A stretch of DNA of 63,478 bases, filler included, from Saprolegnia diclina VS20 (taxonomy: Eukaryota): the NCBI RefSeq assembly GCF_000281045.1. It is 5 parts of 2 records of this genome, joined end to end, with 100 filler letters (N's around TTAATTAATTAA, not from the genome) between each part and the next. Parts side by side here need not be neighbours in the genome. Positions count along the whole stretch, not along the records: positions 1 to 15,530 come from NW_008246072.1; 4 more parts are not named here. One strand, written 5' to 3'. Within the stretch, counting starts at the first letter, position 1. Every line of letters begins with the position of its first letter. The notes beneath the pieces are model-generated. The model worked only from the letters and a program-made list of their open reading frames with translations. It was not told the origin of the DNA and did no database searches. Below are positions 1 to 10,702 of this stretch, piece by piece. The position numbers were made by a program, and so were the translations under genes.

Positions 1-98
1 CTTGGTCCAAACGCATCTTCTCGAGGTATCAGTGTTATGGCATCGCACAACATGTCGATAGCGATTGACCTGTCGCTTCGCATTTAGTGAATACTGTA

Positions 99-654
99 CA
101 GTCGAAGCTGTCTAATTGCATAGTGGATAATTTATACATCTGAGAGGTATATTAATTGTGCAAGGCAAGAAATATAAAGCCCATGAATAATATTTTTTTG
201 TGATGATCAAAACTGGTCGCATTCAAGAGCGGAGTTGAATATCTAAACGACCTCATCATCCTCGTCGACGTAGCTCACGAAGTCGCAAATCTGGTCGATT
301 GTGAGGTACCCCAAGAGCGTCAAGTCGTCCGTTTCGCCAGAGTCAACGTACTCTGCAGCTGAGGGCACGTCGAAGGCAAAACCTCTTGCATGAGCTCCGA
401 CAGCGAGCATCTTCATTGCTGCGCCAAGCTCGTCCATCTCCGTAACTGGGTTGGACACGGCGCGCTTGGTACTGGGTAGGATCTGCGTGTGGCGGCTTCT
501 TGGTCATTCGGCGGGTTGCTTTGCGGATCAAATGGTTGGCTGCGTGAATCAAATTTATTTTATTACGTTTGAGCTGTAAAAAATCAAGGTCGGACGGTAT
601 CACACTGGAGAGGAATATCGAGTTTCGGGATATGCAATTAGACAGCTTCGACTG
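99..654. mobile_element. Non-autonomous Tc1/mariner-superfamily (pogo-like) DNA transposon / MITE
   Basis: Perfect 24-bp terminal inverted repeats: CAGTCGAAGCTGTCTAATTGCATA (99-122) and its reverse complement TATGCAATTAGACAGCTTCGACTG (631-654). TA flanks both ends (97-98, 655-656). At 556 bp it is too short for a full transposase. Confidence 0.85.
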
Positions 655-867
655 TACTAGTACCTTGGATATGTGCCTTTAGCAGCCGGCTCCTTGGTTC
701 TGGAGCGAGAATGCGGTCTATTGTTGGAGACCAAGCATTCTAGTGAACCATGACAGCGAGCCAAGCTCGGATCAAATCGACTAGCTCCCAGTCGTTTTCT
801 ATGTTGTCGTAATCCATCAGCCAGAGCGACGACTTAACGTACATTCCGCGACTCGTTGCCGGAGCAG

Positions 868-1526
868 CCGTGGCCGCAACATTGGTCTTGAACGTCCGCG
901 GCACGATCGTTGAGGCGAGACACGACGCCGTATTAAGCCCACAGGGACACCTCTACCTCATCCGCAAGTTCGCTGAAATGTCGCCTTATGAAATTGCATT
1001 GGGTGCGTTGGATATATTGTGTTCTTATATGTGTAGATGACAGCTACTCCCGCGTCTACGCCATCGAGCTCAATCCTGCCTTGTTTCTGGTCAACTACTA
1101 GTACCTGCAGTACAAGAGCCCTCTGTTTGACGGCCGCAGCGACACCACACACGTCTTTGCGATGGTCGAGACGATGGGTCTGAGCCTCCGGGGAGCGCAG
1201 TGGGATCCGGGACACTGCGGCCCCAACACCGTCCTCTCGGACGAATGTCGGTGCGTTTCAATCGGGGCTTTCAGTGCTCCAAGTCTCCGGCGAGCGTGCT
1301 CTTGCCGTGTAGCCTCAAGATGCCTCCAAGGTCCATCTTGAATTGCACTCGCCCTCACACTGTGGGCTGCAGTTCCACCTCGGCTTCGTGTCGCGCTTGG
1401 GCTGCGCCAAGTGCGTTATCACGTTGGATCGCAAGAACAAGTAAGTGACACTGGTGGACGAGAAGCTGGGCGACGCCATTTACGGCCAACACGCTCTACC
1501 TATGTCGTGTATACTACCTGCGTGAA
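868..1526 (+). pseudogene. Degenerate BTB/POZ (KCTD-like) paralog of the 3.4-7.1 kb genes
   Basis: Manual translation gives LVLNVRGT (cf. IVLDVGGT), VYAIELNPALFLVNY*YLQ with an in-frame TAG at 1099-1101 (cf. YFLDLDPTYF..VLNHLR), WDPGHC (cf. WDPPSC) and TLYPMSCILP (cf. LYPVVGLLP), in the same order as in the intact paralogs. Confidence 0.6.
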
Positions 1527-1704
1527 TGGGCATCAACAGCTACTTTCAAGCACGTTTGCTGGTTGACTAGATGCCTGCGTAATATCATCTGATGCATCCT
1601 ATTGGGAAGATCGCAAATACGGAGCTTCGATTGGCTGCATTCCAAGTCTATTTTAGCCAATCTGCATCGCATTAGCAACGGGAAAGTGCAACTCAAAAGC
1701 GAAG

Positions 1705-3086
1705 ATGCGGTGGGCAGCGGCCATCGCCGCCGTGACATGCGTCAACGCGCTGGCGCCGCGCATGGCCATCTCGGGCTGGACAACCTACATCAACACATCG
1801 CTCGATTGCAATCCCAGCTCGCCAGAGATTCGCTGCATCAGCGCCGCCCTCTACGAGACCATGGCCGACGTACTCGTGCAGCAGCGGTACGTCGACGCAG
1901 GCTACCGCTGGATCGACATCAACGACGGCTGGACGGCCATCGAGCGCGACGCATCAGGTCGATTGGTCGCAGATGCCACTCGCTTTTCACGTACAGCACC
2001 TCCACGCTCGCTCTTCATGAAACATGCTGCTGTAGGTGGCCTGGCAGGCGTGGTGGCGTCCATCCAAGCGAAAGGGCTTGACGTGGCCATGGGCATCGAA
2101 CTTGGCCCGACCACATGCAAGCGTACGAGCCTATATAACGTCACAAGCCGTGCGCGCTCATGCGGTGATGCGAGTAGACATGGCGGGGTCCGAAGGTCAC
2201 TACGAGCTCGACGTGCAGACGCTGGGCGCCGCCAACGTCACGCGGCTGCTTGTCCACGCGTGCTCGATTGCATCGGCGTCCTCAAGCTTTTACTTTCGGC
2301 TCTCGACGCTGCATGCGATAGCAAAGCGCCATGTTCCACCGCTGGCGCTCGACTGCGTTTTGGATCAATTTCCGGTGAATGCAAGTCTTGTTACGCCGTA
2401 TTGCGCAACATTGACGACCCAACCGACACTACCAGACAACTGGGCGGCGCTTCAAGTCCGTCTTCGCGCGCTTTTGGCGCTGCCGCCCGGCGACATGATT
2501 GCGCACCACCCTGGTGATCCACCTCGACGTGTAGAGTCAGGTACTCACACGGTGGACGTAGGCGGTTTGCTCGTCGGCGGCTATGCGCTCACCGAAGGGC
2601 AGAATCGGCTTCAGCTCGGCATTTGGCTGCTCTTGCATGCACCGCTTGTCGTCGACATCGAGCCGTGGGCCATATCGAATCGTACGCGGGCGCTGTTGCA
2701 ACAACCGCTCGTGACGCAGTTGACGCTAGAGGCCTTGATGCCGTCGCCGCCGGTACGCTACTTTTGTTTGACGGATCTTGATACTTTATATGCGATAGGA
2801 GCTTTTGGGGTCGTTGGCCAACGGCATTCAAATCTGGCGACGCGCGGTCGTTTTGCATGGAAAGGTCATGACGCTGCTGCTCGCCTTGCGACTCGACGTG
2901 CAAGAGCCGCAGTACAACGTACCGCTGGTTTTTGAGCTGAGCGACGTCGTGGACAAGACGTGCGACCGCGCGATTCTCCATGATGTCTATGGCGAGAGCC
3001 CGCCCGTCGCGATCAAGTACCGATTTACGCTGGAGATTGCGCCTATGAATGCGTATCTTGTGCTACTGGAGCCGACAAGACGCTAA
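1705..3086 (+). CDS. Secreted GH27 alpha-galactosidase/alpha-N-acetylgalactosaminidase-like protein, probably catalytically degenerate; 4 exons
   Basis: Signal-peptide-like N-terminus. GH27 motifs MAISGWTTY, DAGYRWIDINDGW, RDASGRLVADATRF and GSEGHYELDVQT. Predicted introns 1991-2035, 2123-2177 and 2753-2798 join the ORFs at 1705, 2036 and 2805. Confidence 0.75.
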
Positions 3087-3359
3087 GAACGGGTTGGCTG
3101 GTCGTGTACATAAACAAAGTATTCTTGACTCAACTTTATACTGTAGAGGAATTTGACTCCAATCAACATGTTGTCCTGTGCGTTGCCCGAGAATGATGTG
3201 CCACGACCACTAAACAATTGTCGTAACTTCTGTGCCAACTGTCGTTAGCTCGTTTCTAGACGAGGACTGACCAGGTACTTGTCACGAGCTCTCTTGTTGA
3301 TTTTTTGCTGCCCACTGAACAATCAAATTGCATTTGTCGATTTGCGCTCGCAGTCCAAC

Positions 3360-4265
3360 ATGAGCAATGGAACAATCGTGCTCGACGTGGGTGGAACGCT
3401 CTTCAAGACTTTGACGTCGACGCTGTTCTCGGTGCGAGGCTCTCGCTTCGACACCATCTTGTCTGGCACATGGCTGCCCCAGCACGATGGTACCGGTATT
3501 TCGTCCAGTGCTGGACTCTCTTCATTTTTATCGTGTTTAGGAAGCTACTTTTTGGATTTGGACCCAACGTACTTTGGCCGTGTGCTCAACCACCTTCGGG
3601 GCGGAGCGTCGCTGTACCCAGGACTTGGGTCGTGGGAAGAGACAGAGATCGACCGACTCCGCATGCTTCTGCGTCTCGATATTACAGCAGCACAGTCGAC
3701 GCCAACGTGGGACTACCTCAACTGCGACGTGGGTCTTTTGCTCGTTATCCACGCGCGTGTTGTGGCCATCGAGGCGAAGGTGCCGGTAATGCGCTATGTG
3801 CGGACGATGCAGCCGTGCGACCAGTACTGCGTGCGTTTGACAGCGAACGGGCGCAAAAGCGACGTGGTCTTGGACTTTACATCGCACAAGGACCGTCGAC
3901 CGCAATATCAAGCGCTGCGCTACGACACGACTATACCATGTTGGCGCGATCGAAGCGTCCAGCGAGACATGTTCAAAGGCACTTGCCTCCAAGACGACAA
4001 CCCGCACAACCACAGCTTCCCACTCGACGTCGATCTGCTCGTGACGTGGCACCGCGAGAGCCGCACGCTGTCGATCGCGTGCGAAGGTGCTGTTTCTTCC
4101 ATGAGCTTTCCCGCGACGGGTTTTTCTGACGAGCAACCATTCTATCCCACTGTGGGGCTCTTGCGGGTGGGAAGGTGGTCAACAACGTCGCACTACGGAC
4201 CCGGGCCCATCCAGAACACGAGCATTGAAGCGCATTTGAGACCGCTGCCAGGGCCCCTCTCGTAG
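3360..4265 (+). CDS. BTB/POZ (KCTD/T1-type) domain protein, copy 1; intron 3490-3540
   Basis: IVLDVGGTLFKT...GSYFLDLDPTYFGRVLNHLR is the T1-type BTB signature. A 51-nt GT-AG intron lies at the position shared by all paralogs. Confidence 0.85.
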   Translation: MSNGTIVLDVGGTLFKTLTSTLFSVRGSRFDTILSGTWLPQHDGTGISSSAGLSSFLSCLGSYFLDLDPTYFGRVLNHLRGGASLYPGLGSWEETEIDRLRMLLRLDITAAQSTPTWDYLNCDVGLLLVIHARVVAIEAKVPVMRYVRTMQPCDQYCVRLTANGRKSDVVLDFTSHKDRRPQYQALRYDTTIPCWRDRSVQRDMFKGTCLQDDNPHNHSFPLDVDLLVTWHRESRTLSIACEGAVSSMSFPATGFSDEQPFYPTVGLLRVGRWSTTSHYGPGPIQNTSIEAHLRPLPGPLS

Positions 4266-4997
4266 CTTGGACCCTAGGGAATAATAATACTATTGTCGCG
4301 TTATCTTGCTTTGGCGATTGCTTGTAGAGTTCAATCGAAGTGACACACTTCGATTCGCGAAACCTTTTGGTTACGAGCAGTATTTTGCATGACGTGGCAG
4401 CACGATATGTCGACCATTCAAAACACTCGCGATGACGATTCTGCGTCTTGTGTTTAACTATGGCTGGGCGGAGGTTTTCAAGTCCATGGATCTGCTCGAC
4501 AGGGCAAAGCAGCAAGTCGCGATAACTAGCGCAGTGTGCGGTAACACAAGTGCTACATCTACGGGATCAGTACGGCCGGAATGACGGACCCCTGGCTGAT
4601 TGGCTTGAGTTATGTCTATCGTGCGCCTTGACGTGCCGCTGACGTTTGGAGCTGAGCGATATTGTTGCCACAATGTCATCCAGATAGCCCGCCCGTCTCG
4701 CTCGATCCAGGACTGGTTTACGCTTGGGATTGCACCTCTGAAGTGCACCTCGTGCTACTGCAACCGACGGCGAGCTATATCCTTTTTGCTTGACTATGCT
4801 CGCATAGGTAGTTCGTATACATCAGCAGACTGCGTTTCTAGTTCGGTCTTGAACCATCGTGGCACAGGCACACCATATGGCGGCGCTCCTCACAACGAAA
4901 TAGTCAGGGCAAATCACCCCGTTATGAGACAACAAACAACGAGATGCCTGATGTGCTGCATGGAACGCAGCACACTTTAATTTCGACCAGAGGCAAG

Positions 4998-5861
4998 ATG
5001 CGCAGAGAACCCATCGTCTTGGACGTGGGCGGTACCCTCTTCAAGACGTCGAGAACCACACTGCTCTCGGTGGTTGGCTCGTGCTTCGACGCCATCTCGT
5101 CCGGCTCGTGGCAACCCGAGAACGATGGTACGCTTGCCGCGCTTGCACTGTGATAAGTATGACTGTTAGGAACCTACTTTTTGGACGTGGATCCGACGTA
5201 CTTTGGCCGTGTGCTCAACCACCTCCGCTGCGAAGCATCCCTGTACGCTGGTCTCCAGCCATGGGAAACGACGGAAGTCGACAGACTCCGCACATCCCTG
5301 AGTCTCGACAGTGCTGGGGTGACGCCTACGCCCTCGTGGGATCCTCCGAGTTGCGACGCGGGTCTTTTGGTCTCGAGTACGCAGATTTCGACACACAGTG
5401 CCAGTAAGTCTATGGGCTTTGCACGGACAAGTCGCCCCTTCGACCAGTTCTGTGTGCGTTTGATAGCACGCGGCGGCGGGAGCTACGTGGCCCTGGGCTT
5501 TGGAGCGATCAGCGACTTTGGTGTGCGCCGTGTTGTGATCCAGTACTGCATGTTTGCGACTTGTATCGACGTTTTGCGCATCAAGCGAGCGGGGAGTGTC
5601 ACGGACAAGGATATCTTCCCGCATAACGTTGACCTTCTCGTGACTTGGCACCGCCAGAGTCATACGCTGACGATCACGTGTGAAGCTGCGGCCGTCAACT
5701 TTTCCAAAATATTTCCCGAGAGCTATGGACACGAGCTGTATCCAATTGTGGGGCTCGAGCCTGGAAGCAGCTCGCTTGGTCACTGCATGTACGACTGGCC
5801 AATCGATGCGTATCTCAGCATTGATGCTCGCTTGGTGCCAACGCTGGGGTCCGTTCCGTAG
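4998..5861 (+). CDS. BTB/POZ domain protein, copy 2; intron 5128-5169
   Basis: MRREPIVLDVGGTLFKTS, then after a 42-nt intron YFLDVDPTYFGRVLNHLR. C-terminal region is homologous to copies 1 and 3. Confidence 0.85.
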
Positions 5862-6171
5862 GCCCAACGTGCCAACCAGGTTACTGCGTCCAGCCACACC
5901 GAGTTTATTCCACACAAGGCAGTACGTTCGCTGCGCTGCATTTAACCTAAATTCTCATAGTCATCTTTGTGCTTTGTTGTTGCAATAAGCAAATAACAAT
6001 CAAGACACGGAGCGCACGCACACACACACATGTTGCAATCGTCGAACCCGGCCGAGTTGGACAAAACAACACGACCGGGTTCTGTGGAAAGCTTCCATGA
6101 AAACCCAAATTTCCTTTTTGACTGGACACAGTCCAATCATTTAATAACTCATTTCAACACAGTCCAATCGT

Positions 6172-7084
6172 ATGAGCGACGCGCCGATTGTTCTCGACGT
6201 GGGCGGGACGCGCTTCAAGACGTCGTGGACGACACTGCGCTCGGTTCCTGGCTCGCGCTTTGATGCGATCGCGTCCGGCCAATGGCTGCCCGAAAGCGAC
6301 GGTACGCGTGTCATCCCTTCGCACTCTCAACGCTCAGATTATACGCTTAGGAAGCTACTTTTTGGACCTGGACCCAAAGTACTTTGACCGTGTCCTCAAC
6401 CACCTCCGCTGCGGAGCGTCGCTGTACGCAGGCCTCCAGTCGTGGGAACGGACAGAGGTCGACCGCCTCCGCATATGCTTGCACCTCGTCTCTCGCAACA
6501 CGACAAGCATTCCGTCGTGGGACTATGTGAGCTGCGGTGCAGGTCTCGAGATCACGGGCCACGAGCGTGTCGTGGCCGTGCACCATAAAGTGCGTTCGAT
6601 GCGCTTCGCACGAGGCACGACCCCTTGCGACCAGTTTTGCGTGCACTTGACCGCGAACGGCAATGTGAGCGACGTGGCTTTGGGCTTTACGACCATCGAA
6701 GGCTTTGAACCGCAGTACGACAAAGTGCAGTACGGCATGGTCGCGCACTGCTGGCACCATCAACGCGTCACGCGGGACGAGGTCCGAGGCGCTTGCTTCC
6801 AGGCCAACAACCCGCACAGCGACAGCTTCCCACCCGACATGGACCTTCTTGTGAAGTGGCACCGCCAGAGCCACACGCTGTCGATCACATGTGACGCTAC
6901 GGACGTAAGTTTTTCCATCATATTTCCAGCACCAAGCGCGACGCTCCAGCTGTACCCGGTTGTCGGCCTGTTGCCCGTGCGAACGTCGTCGGTCAGCGAC
7001 ATGCACGCGGGCCATGGACCCCAGACCGTCCACAACACGAGCATTGAAGCTAGCTTGGTGCCCCTGCCCGAGTCCACCGCGTAG
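6172..7084 (+). CDS. BTB/POZ domain protein, copy 3; intron 6302-6350
   Basis: MSDAPIVLDVGGTRFKTS, then after a 49-nt intron YFLDLDPKYFDRVLNHLR. Shares NNPH.xSFP.D.DLLV.WHR with copy 1. Confidence 0.85.
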
Positions 7085-7265
7085 CCACGAGTCTGGTGCG
7101 CACCGTCAAGGGCCCTTGTCATGCTTTTCGCGGGCGCTGCCTGCGGTATCTTTCCGGTTACGTAGCTAATGCGCGTGAAATAAACCTAATAAACCCATAA
7201 AAACAGAAAACACACAACCTTCCGGTTACTTCAAAACACAAGAGGTTCTGCTGCTGCAGAACAGC

Positions 7266-7901
7266 ATGACTTCGGCGCTTCGCACCGTGCTGGCAAGCCA
7301 CGACCTCTGGACGACGATCGCCATCTTCCAGGATGGCGTCTACGAAGACCTGTTGCCGATCGCTGGCGTACTCCGCTGGCGTGACTGGCCCTGGAAAGGC
7401 AGAGGCGTCTTGCGCGCCTTCCTCACGCCAGACCCAATGCGAACGATCGAGCGCCTCTGGTACTGCCGACAAGAGCTGTTCAGCGACAGCCTTCTGCACG
7501 AGTTGGCACGCCAAGGGCACTCTGCGGCGCTCCAGTGGCTTCATGTTCAGCGTCCATCGCCTCCATTCCCGACACAGCTCGTCGATGACGTCGCCCGACG
7601 TGGCCAACTTGCAGCCCTTGCCTTCCTTATCGGCACCTGCGGCGCCAATGCCTCGCCCGACGCCATCAACTCGGCAGTGCATGCAGGACGAAGTGATGTG
7701 CTAACCTACTTGCTACAAACGTGCCAGCCAAGCAATGCCAACGCCATGATGTTTGCGATCGCGCATCGTCATCTCGACTGCATACGACTGCTCTGGTCGC
7801 GCCACCCGCTTCCGCCCTCGGCGCTGCTCGAGCTTGATATCGACGATGACATCTTGGCATGTCTCGTAGAAGCTTCGTCCAAGGCCAGCAGCACGTACTA
7901 G
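7266..7901 (+). CDS. Ankyrin-repeat-like protein
   Basis: Degenerate ankyrin-like units (LARQGHSAALQWL, VARRGQLAALAFL, AVHAGRSDVLTYL, AIAHRHLDCIRLL) after an N-terminal VLASHDLWTTIAIFQDG leader. Confidence 0.7.
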   Translation: MTSALRTVLASHDLWTTIAIFQDGVYEDLLPIAGVLRWRDWPWKGRGVLRAFLTPDPMRTIERLWYCRQELFSDSLLHELARQGHSAALQWLHVQRPSPPFPTQLVDDVARRGQLAALAFLIGTCGANASPDAINSAVHAGRSDVLTYLLQTCQPSNANAMMFAIAHRHLDCIRLLWSRHPLPPSALLELDIDDDILACLVEASSKASSTY

Positions 7902-7982
7902 TAGCTCGCCAGAGACTGAAACGTGATGTCATACAATACGGTGCAACGTGAGAACGCGATACTAGCGACATCTCCTCCTAAA

Positions 7983-8432
7983 TTATAAAGACACGAGAAC
8001 CTTGGCGCGCTTTGGTGCTTCGCCCAGCAGCACATCCGCATCAAACGCGATCGCGACGTCGTCCCAATCGCGCTTGGCCAAGCGGTCTTGTGTCTCGGCC
8101 GTCGCCGCCGCCAGCGAGGTTTCGAGCTCGAGGTTCGTTGCCGTGAGCGCTTGGATCTGGGCGCGCAGCATAGCCTCGACGGTCGCACTGGCGGTCTCCT
8201 CTTCAGCGTCGGGAAAGGCCACGGACCGCGTCGCGAGGCTACCATGCAGGAGCGCGGCGCAGTTGAAATGGTGCTCTTGCACCCGCCGGAACGCGTGGTG
8301 GCGCAGCGCACGGACGTGGCGCCGTTGGTCGTCCGAGAGACGCATCGGTGGCACGGCTGCGTTGGCGGTCGCTGCGCTAGGCATGCACACGACGCGGGGC
8401 AGCGGGAGAAGGACGGGCTCGAGCGCGTCCAT
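7983..8432 (-). CDS. Hypothetical protein with short coiled coil
   Basis: 149-aa ORF with an ATG start, GC-rich codon usage and AT-rich flanks. It is divergent from the WD40 gene across 220 bp. Confidence 0.5.
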   Translation of the reverse strand: MDALEPVLLPLPRVVCMPSAATANAAVPPMRLSDDQRRHVRALRHHAFRRVQEHHFNCAALLHGSLATRSVAFPDAEEETASATVEAMLRAQIQALTATNLELETSLAAATAETQDRLAKRDWDDVAIAFDADVLLGEAPKRAKVLVSL

Positions 8433-8652
8433 GGTGGCAGGAAATACTGGGGTCCGTTGGCTTGGGCTGTATTTTTATTCCAGTTGTTGTCTGTTTCAAA
8501 CAGTATTGTACACTTTATGTTTGAATGTTTTATTCAATACTCTTTGCATTTGTATGATAACGACATAAGTTTCGGATCCACTCGAATCAAACAGGCCAAC
8601 GTCGGTATTTAATTGCCCATACGCCATTCCTTGGAACACGAGACCGACGGCC

Positions 8653-10016
8653 ATGGCAGCACCGCTCGCCTTCAATGACGCAGTCGTCCGCAGCTACAGC
8701 ATCGCGCGCGTCTTCCCGGGCGACGTACGCACCTTCCTCCACGATACACGTGGCCCATGCGCACATGCTCTAGGAAGACGCGATCATGACGTCGATCGAC
8801 TTTCATCGCGCCGGCAACGTGGCCGTCACGGCGCGCAGCGATGGCACGATCCACGCCATCAACTGCATCACGGGCACGTACGTTCTACCTGCCTAGCTTA
8901 CGTCGCATGGCCTCACATGGCGCTACGTAGGTCGCACAAGACGATCCTGACCAAGAAGTACGGCGTGGATCTCCTGCGGACGACGCACCACCCCGACTGC
9001 CTTCTGTGGTCCTCCCAGAACGACGCCAATGACCGTACACATGTGCTATCTCGATGGCTCGATGGCTCATGCCAGCGTGGTAGACTCGGTCCGGTATCAC
9101 TCGCTCTTTGACAACAAGTTTCTGCGCTTTTACGCGGGCCACACTGCCAAGTACGCCGTCAAATCGTCTTTCGCAGGCGCTGAGCGAGTGCTAGGATCAC
9201 GTCGCTCATGATGCACCCGACGGCCGATGAGTTTCTGACGGCGTCGATGGATGGCACCTTTCGGATATGGGACATTCGCAGCCCGGACGCGCGGGTACGA
9301 CCATCGTCTGCCCTTGTATCATCAAAACGAAGGACTTTGATAGGGCGAGCTCAAGTGCGGCGACGCAGGGCGCGTCATCAGCGCGGCCTACGACACGGAC
9401 GGTCTCGTGTTTGGCGTCTACACGGGCGACGGCATTGTGCGCATGTACGACGCTCGCAACTTTACCGACGTACGTATTGTCCATCTTTCATAGACAAGTT
9501 GTCTGATATCATTCGTGTGGATTAGGGTCCGTTTGCCAAATTTCCGCTCACGGACGACTCGATCGCGGCCGTCTTGCGCCCGTTGCTCCAGCAACGCAAG
9601 TTTACCGGCAAGCTCGATGTGCTCGCACTGACGTTTAGCCCCGACCAGCAGCATCTGCTCCTGAGTACGAACGCTGGCGTGCTCATCCAGCTCGATGCGT
9701 TTGAAGGCAAATTGGTACGTTGTATAATGAAAAGACGGAAGATACGACGACAATGTGTATGTAGAAACGCATCTTTGCGAGCCACTCGAACCTCTCGGGC
9801 ACGAAGCTCGGCGTCGGGTACTCGCCCGATGGCAAGTACATTGCGTGCGGCGCCGACGACGGGTCGATCTGCATCTACGACGCGCACTCGGGCGCGGTGA
9901 CGGTCCCGGCCCTGCAAGGCCACGTCGGTCCGGTCTTTGACCTGCAGTGGAACCCGCAACGCCACCTCCTCGGGAGCGTCCACGCCAACACGCTCTTTTG
10001 GCTCCCCAACCTCTAA
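8653..10016 (+). CDS. WDR82: WD40-repeat protein, WDR82/Swd2 (COMPASS/PP1 complex subunit)-like; multi-exon
   Basis: Spliced peptides match WDR82/Swd2: VVRSYSIARVF, TSIDFH, KKYGVDL, RYHSLFDNKFLRFYAGH, MHPTADEFLTASMDGTFRIWDIR, GPFAKF, FSPDQQHLLLSTN, LDAFEG. First intron 8725-8773; stop TAA at 10014-10016. Confidence 0.85.
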
Positions 10017-10275
10017 GTCAATACGATGGCCTTGCATCTGGGATGGATATAATGACGATATTGTGCATGGAACGAAGAATACGCCTGAAGACACAGAGTA
10101 CGTGACCATGAACCAGATGGATGAGCGGCGACATGGACCCAAAGACGTCGAGTCTCCGATGGAATAGCAGTTGATGGCAGTGGTGGTGGCATGGTGGTAT
10201 CTAGGAACCCTAATCCCTTATGTGTATGCAGTGTCAAGAACCGCTGCCAACGCCAATGGAAAGAGAAGAATGGGA

Positions 10276-10355
10276 CGACACCTACGGGGCTCGAACCCAG
10301 CACCTCCTGCATGTGAAGCAGGAATCCACCAACAAAAGGTGGTCGACCAAGTGTC
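10276..10355 (-). pseudogene. tRNA-Val(CAC)-like relic (pseudo-tRNA or tRNA-derived SINE head)
   Basis: Minus strand: acceptor stem GACACTT/AGGTGTC, anticodon arm CCTGC-TTCACAT-GCAGG, variable loop AGGTG, T-loop GGTTCGAGCC. The D-region is over-long and contains TTTT. Confidence 0.55.
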
Positions 10356-10702
10356 ATTAACATCTTGACATGCGATGGGACCAGAACGCCGATGACTGTG
10401 GACCATGACAGCTATTCAATCATGACAAAATCGTCGACCGTCTTTTTGCATTTGAAAAAGGGTTGGCGCTGCAATTTGGACAGAAAACGACATCGGAAAT
10501 TGGATGAAATTGGATGATTAGAGTCGAATCGCAAGCCAGGTTCGTCGTCGTCGCAACTACTTGGTATGTTAACATTTTGACACCAATGATGAAACATGTG
10601 AAGCGTGTTGAAGACCTTTGAGCTTTGTCGCAAACTCTTTCTTCTTAGGTCATGTGCTCGTCGCGAGATGCGGTCAGCCGTTGATTATCGATTAGGACTC
10701 GA

